The notes under the pieces were generated by a model. That model saw nothing but the letters and a program-made list of their open reading frames with translations, made no database searches and had not been told where the DNA came from. The position numbers and the translations under genes were made by a program. Positions 23,301-25,234 of a DNA stretch of 25,234 nucleotides are shown here, in pieces. Within the stretch, counting starts at the first letter, position 1; every line of letters begins with the position of its first letter. The stretch lies in contig JBFLGF010000112.1 in the NCBI GenBank assembly GCA_050230475.1, positions 62,001 to 87,234 of the forward strand, written 5' to 3'. The DNA is from Ancylonema sp. Taxonomy: Eukaryota.

Positions 23301-24998
23301 GAAATGGTATGGGGATCACAGGAGGGCAGATAAGGGTCCAGGGCCTGATGACAGGTGGAATCCTCTGGTTGGTCCCCAGGATGTGTACAGAATCGGTACC
23401 CTGCGAGAGCTCATGCGCCACCTGGCGTTCACATTCGCTGACGACGGCAAGCGCGTGCGAGTGAGCTCTCATCCATAACCTTGCAATCGTTTTTTTGGGG
23501 TGTGAAACCTTAAACCTCACACATGCCTCCTCAGCCCCTCCTGAGGCAGTGAGAATGTGCGTCAGATAGCAGTGGGAGGGCGATTCTGTGCAGGTGTGTG
23601 TGCAGGGGTCGATGGGGGAGGGGGTGTGGTCCGGCATGCCTCTGGCTCTGGCAGGCACGCGGCGTATGTTGGAGGGAATGGACTGGGGGGAAGAGGGGGC
23701 CATAGACTTTATTCGATTTGGGGGTGTGGGTGAGGATGGGAGGGGGATGGGGAGGGAGGGGTGGGGGGGTCCACGTGTTCGTTCAAGTGAGGCTCGTAGG
23801 TCGGAATGTGGAATCGGATTTAGGATTTTATTTGGGAAAAGATACATGTGAAAAGTTGAAGGTTGACGGTCAAGAGCTGAACATTCAGCTTCTGGGATCT
23901 AAGGTTCAAGGTTCAAGGTTCAAGGTTTTTAGTTTTCTTTGTGGTTGGTTCAGGAGGGGGAGAGGTGCATGCGTCGGATGCAGTGCTTCTCCTTATGGCG
24001 CCCCAAAACGCAGTGGCCAACTGCATCATCCCCGTAGGTGGACAGGAATGGGGCATGCATGTATACATGTATACATGTATGGAATGTGACAAGTATCGAG
24101 GTTCTGGGCCCAACCATGATCCCCATCCCGGGTGGCGGCTGGGGGGGGCAGAACTTGGAGGCAATGGCGGCAGCTGCCGGGGACCGGCCCCTCATCATCA
24201 TCAACTCCCGACTGAAGGTGAACAAAGCCGCTCGCTGCAGTCACAGACTCGGAAGTTTCGGAGCAGTTTCTGGATGGATGAGGTGGCAGTCAGCATGAGG
24301 CACAGGGTGGGAATGGATGAGACCGCTGACGTGGCATGTCTGAGCGCTGACGTGGCAGTTGGGGTGGGGGGCAAATCAGGACATCCCTGCTGCGTCAGGG
24401 GTGATGCAGGTACTCAAACCACACCCCCTCAAAACCACATGCCCCTCATTTCTCCACCCACCAAAACTTATAACTTATAACTTATAACTGTGGGGAGGGG
24501 TGGTTGGGCAGATCAGCGGTCGAGATCAGCGCATCGCGTTTACGGATTCTTTTGAGGTCATCTACGCCTTCCGTCTGCTGTACACAGCTGGCACTCAGGT
24601 CCCCATCTTGGGGGCCTTGAGGTGAGGACACCTGGCGATCGCATGGCGGCCTGCTGCCCGTGCAAGCCCACAACCATATGAGTGTAGAGTACCCCCTCGG
24701 GGTTCAGGGTACTGGGTTTCTGATTCTGGGTTTATGGTCTAGGGTTTAGGCTCTAGGAATCAGGGATCTGGGTTTAGGGTTTAGGGTTTAGGGTTTGGGG
24801 TTTAGGGTTAAGATGTTGGGAGGTGATCCCATGTCCTCCCACCTCCTCCGCCTGTTCAGACGAGCATACCCCGGCCCTTATGAAGTGTATCGGCGAGTGG
24901 ATGTGTCGAAGGAGAAAGAGGAGTATGAGGCAGTGGGCGACTTCGAGCAGCAGCCGTCCTCCAGAGAGTTGGCGGACGCTCTTGAGGGGAAGGAGTGA
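20356..24998 (+). CDS. AK5: Chloroplast adenylate kinase with C-terminal DUF1995 (AK5/AMK5 type), 16 exons: 20356..20574, 20749..20850, 21045..21173, 21357..21491, 21700..21846, 21933..22007, 22086..22199, 23051..23185, 23271..23306, 23380..23460, 23594..23729, 23954..24033, 24152..24217, 24380..24409, 24512..24621, 24860..24998; about 577 codons with one in-frame TAG at 21363-21365
   Basis: Exon 1 is Ser/Arg/Pro-rich and transit-peptide-like. Kinase motifs: P-loop [60 protein letters not shown]1995 blocks: [64 protein letters not shown]. All introns are GT-AG and in phase, and the stop is TGA at 24996-24998. The exon 7 donor is uncertain (22158, 22167 or 22200). Confidence 0.92.
22649..22794. 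repeat. (CACCTATT)n 8-bp tandem array, about 18 units, in AK5 intron 7
   Basis: Directly visible, with two CACCCATT variants. Confidence 0.97.
23901..23927. repeat. (AAGGTTC)n 7-bp array, about 4 units, in AK5 intron 11
   Basis: aaggttcaaggttcaaggttcaaggtt. Confidence 0.85.
24700..24811 (+). repeat. Interstitial plant-type telomeric array (TTTAGGG)n, 16 in-register units, partly degenerate
   Basis: GGGTTTA units are near-perfect from 24770 onward and degenerate but in 7-bp register from 24700. Confidence 0.9.
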
Positions 24999-25139
24999 GA
25001 GAAATCTCAACCTTACCCCCCCTTACCTTGCTCTTCTAAGGGTCGTAGCTTACGAGGGAAGCAATTGTGAATTTGATTGACTTTTTCTTTTTGGGGATTT
25101 GATAGGACTTGAAGAGAGCTGCCAGTGAGGGGGAATGTA

Positions 25140-25234
25140 AACCATAGAACCATAGAACCATAGAACCATAGAACCATAGAACCATAGAACCATAGAACCA
25201 TAGAACCATAGAACCATAGAACCATAGAACCATA
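25140..25234. repeat. (AACCATAG)n 8-bp tandem array, at least 12 units, runs off the window end
   Basis: Perfect repeat starting about 140 bp after the AK5 stop codon. Confidence 0.97.

Noticed and set aside
20575..24859. Introner elements as the source of the complementary intron ends
   Set aside because: The introns share no sequence family with each other and I see no target-site duplications. Not fully excluded without a genome-wide intron comparison.
25140..25234. Terminal (AACCATAG)n as the true telomere
   Set aside because: The plus strand running toward the end is C/A-rich rather than G-rich, and canonical TTTAGGG units are present nearby. The window end need not be a chromosome end.

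Overview
Eukaryotic nuclear DNA from a green plant lineage, most plausibly a streptophyte alga. This is an inference from the plastid transit peptides, land-plant-like gene structures, TTTAGGG repeats and an intron-containing tRNA-Asp. Left to right, the window holds: (1) the 5' end of a plastid-targeted, probably fibrillin/PAP-family gene (minus strand, runs off the left edge and is missed by the ORF track); (2) a decayed GT47/exostosin glycosyltransferase remnant; (3) degenerate CAACCCGGG-rich dispersed repeats; (4) a two-exon linker histone H1 gene with a (KAP)7 N-terminal repeat and plant histone promoter motifs; (5) tRNA-Asp(GTC) with a 38-nt intron; (6) a 10-exon membralin gene (minus); (7) head-to-head with it, a 16-exon plastid adenylate kinase-DUF1995 gene (AK5 type, plus). 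The most interesting observations are: complementary sequences near the two ends of many introns, often with G-rich acceptors lacking a polypyrimidine tract (candidate structure-assisted splicing); a single in-frame TAG in an otherwise intact AK5 gene; the tRNA-Asp intron; and many different 7-8 bp tandem arrays in introns, including a decaying interstitial telomeric array. Gene models were spliced by hand, and family assignments come from remembered protein motifs, not database searches.
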